Of a stretch of 64,000 nt of DNA, positions 62,191-64,000 are shown one piece after another; position 1 is the stretch's first letter, and the number at the start of each line of letters is the position of its first letter. This DNA is from an uncultured Gammaproteobacteria bacterium. Its GTDB lineage: Bacteria > Patescibacteriota > Microgenomatia > JAMCZE01. The DNA lies in assembly GCA_964641255.1 (NCBI GenBank), contig CAZXMM010000001.1:143757-207756 (forward strand), read 5' to 3'. The notes under the pieces were generated by a model. That model saw only the letters and a program-made list of their open reading frames with translations, was not told where the DNA came from and ran no database searches. The translations under genes were made by a program, and so were the position numbers.

Positions 62191-64000
62191 ATGGCTGACC
62201 CTGCCCAAAAGGCTGCTAGTACTATTTCTCCCCCCATTCCGCTAAAAGATTTGGATAAGGCTATTCGGTTGTGGCTCTCACTTGACCCTCTAAAAGAGGT
62301 TTGGCCCATTACTGACGAAGAGCAAGGCACTCTGAACATTGTGCGGGGTGAGGCGATTAGACAAATTGACAAATTAAACTTAGGCGGGCATCTATTTAAG
62401 CGAGGAGAGCTCGATCCAGCGACTCGCACTTACTGGGAGGAGGCCGACAACTTTATAAAAATCTATGGTGATTTGCCGCAAATCTTTGATTCCAATGTTC
62501 CCGACCCCGCCCTTCTTAAAGATCTGGAAAAACAAAAAGCTGAGGCGGATGTTCGCGAGACTAGTGCCGATGACCAACAGCGAATTGCCAGACAGCTTCA
62601 GATAAAGAGATTATTAAATATGGGACTATCGATGCCTGAGGCGCTTCGGGCGGTAGAGGCTGGGGTAGCTGATACCATCATTGCTGGACAGTCCCTGTCT
62701 CCAGTAAGAAGTTCCAGCAAAACGGCTACCCAAACTAAAGCGGGAGCCCAGAAAACTGGGGGTACTAAGGCTACCACCCGGTTTGATCGGGAAATGGCCT
62801 GGCGGATTAAAAACGCTGAGCTGCAGCGGCAAATGGGCGCTTACAGCATTCTTGGTCAACCTTTGCAGTGGTTTTGGATGAGAGCGGCTGGATTGAAACA
62901 TAGTGTCATTGGTAAGTTCCAGGGGTATAAACCAGATTATTCCTCCATTAGTTCCCCAGTTCAAGATAGTGGTGGTGAAATGGTTGGTGCCGAAGGAGGG
63001 GGCAGTGAAGATAGCTCAGAGTCTCCAATGCCCCAGTCCTATGGACACCCCAGTGCCGAAATTGGTCCCAGTCAGGATCTAGTTAGTGGCCACAGTGGGG
63101 GAAGCTCGGGACCCAGCTCTAAATCCAGCTCTCATTTTACCCCCAGCTCTTTAGGGGGAATGGGTAAGAGCGTCGGCGGTAAAATTGCCGGGGCTAAAAA
63201 TTTGACTGCCAAAGCGAAAGAGGCAGTGACTGCCGCTAAAGCTATTGGTAGCGGTTTTGCTGATCTGAAGTCGGATCTGCAACTACTTAAGCAGGTACTG
63301 GGTAATAAGTACGTCCAAAAAGGACTCAAAGCTCTAAAAGTTGCTGCCTTAGGGGGAGGACTCTACGGCTGGTTACTTCTTGTTGACCTAGCTGCTAAAG
63401 TCGGAACTGTAGCTTCCATCGCCGCCGGAGCAGTGGGAGGGGCGGCGCTTGGGGCGGTGGTTGGGTCGATTATTCCTGGAGTGGGCACTCTTGTGGGGGC
63501 TGGAATTGGAGCTGTTGTTGGAGGGACGGTAGGGTTTTTTGCTGGACTAGCTGGGGGAGCAGGTATCTTTGGTTCTGGAACTGCGATTGCCGGTAGTACC
63601 AGCCTGGCTTCGATTAGCAGTGTAACTGCCGCCACTACCACCACACTAACTGCAGGTGGGATTGGAACGGCGGGTGGTTTTTTGGGGGGAGCCCTTAGTA
63701 CCTCGGCAACTGTAGCGGTGGGTAGTCTGATTCCCCTGACAGTTGGTGGAGTGGTAGGAATATCAATTCTGGGTCAACAGCAAAAAATGCTGGCCTTTAT
63801 CGCTCCTGTGGAGGACACCAAATTAATCAGAGTGCAAAAAACGGTGGACCAACCATTTTTACCCAACAATCCCAACACCAGCTTAGTCTATAAAGTAGAA
63901 GTTACTACCAATAGTGAAGATCCTCTAGTCATCACAATTGAGGAGGTGGGGATTAAAATTACTCCGGAGCAGACTGGACTGGCTCTAGTGATGCCAGAAC
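62191..64000 (+). CDS. Large glycine-zipper membrane protein, more than 600 aa, open at the window end (absent from the ORF track)
   Basis: No stop in frame from ATG 62191; GAVGGAALGAVVGSIIPGVGTLVGAGIGAVVGG; DUF11/Ig-like start VQKTVD...YKVEV. Confidence 0.85.
   Translation, partial: MADPAQKAASTISPPIPLKDLDKAIRLWLSLDPLKEVWPITDEEQGTLNIVRGEAIRQIDKLNLGGHLFKRGELDPATRTYWEEADNFIKIYGDLPQIFDSNVPDPALLKDLEKQKAEADVRETSADDQQRIARQLQIKRLLNMGLSMPEALRAVEAGVADTIIAGQSLSPVRSSSKTATQTKAGAQKTGGTKATTRFDREMAWRIKNAELQRQMGAYSILGQPLQWFWMRAAGLKHSVIGKFQGYKPDYSSISSPVQDSGGEMVGAEGGGSEDSSESPMPQSYGHPSAEIGPSQDLVSGHSGGSSGPSSKSSSHFTPSSLGGMGKSVGGKIAGAKNLTAKAKEAVTAAKAIGSGFADLKSDLQLLKQVLGNKYVQKGLKALKVAALGGGLYGWLLLVDLAAKVGTVASIAAGAVGGAALGAVVGSIIPGVGTLVGAGIGAVVGGTVGFFAGLAGGAGIFGSGTAIAGSTSLASISSVTAATTTTLTAGGIGTAGGFLGGALSTSATVAVGSLIPLTVGGVVGISILGQQQKMLAFIAPVEDTKLIRVQKTVDQPFLPNNPNTSLVYKVEVTTNSEDPLVITIEEVGIKITPEQTGLALVMPE

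Overview
Compact bacterial chromosome segment using the standard genetic code. The gene content and style suggest Patescibacteria/CPR, probably Microgenomates-like; this is an inference. Core genes: archaeal-type pyrH, a complete F1F0 ATP synthase operon, dnaG, rpoD, pyk, malic enzyme, smpB with tmRNA, comF and a CsoR-CopA-CopZ copper locus. There are 8 tRNAs, including five tRNA-Ser (one with the very unusual anticodon ACT) and tRNA-Arg(GCG). The main discovery is a family of tRNA-targeting large-serine-recombinase elements, seen in three states. (1) An intact 4.8 kb element at tRNA-Ser(GGA) (45925-50710) carries an internal inverted 306-bp copy of its own attP. Both the cargo (XRE-HTH, wHTH-HNH, OLD-like ATPase-TOPRIM) and the integrase therefore sit between inverted repeats. 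The predicted circle resembles the 2-micron plasmid or a dumbbell, and the integrase C-terminus could be switched. (2) A decayed relative sits at tRNA-Ser(GCT). (3) A roughly 10 kb integron-like array lies downstream of tRNA-Asn: one- or two-gene stress/detox cassettes separated by degenerate att scars that translate as integrase C-terminal tails. Also seen: pervasive leaderless promoter architecture, a leader-peptide attenuator upstream of an MFS transporter, a type I TA-like locus and a 34-codon tmRNA tag. All product calls come from motif recognition by eye; no database searches were run.
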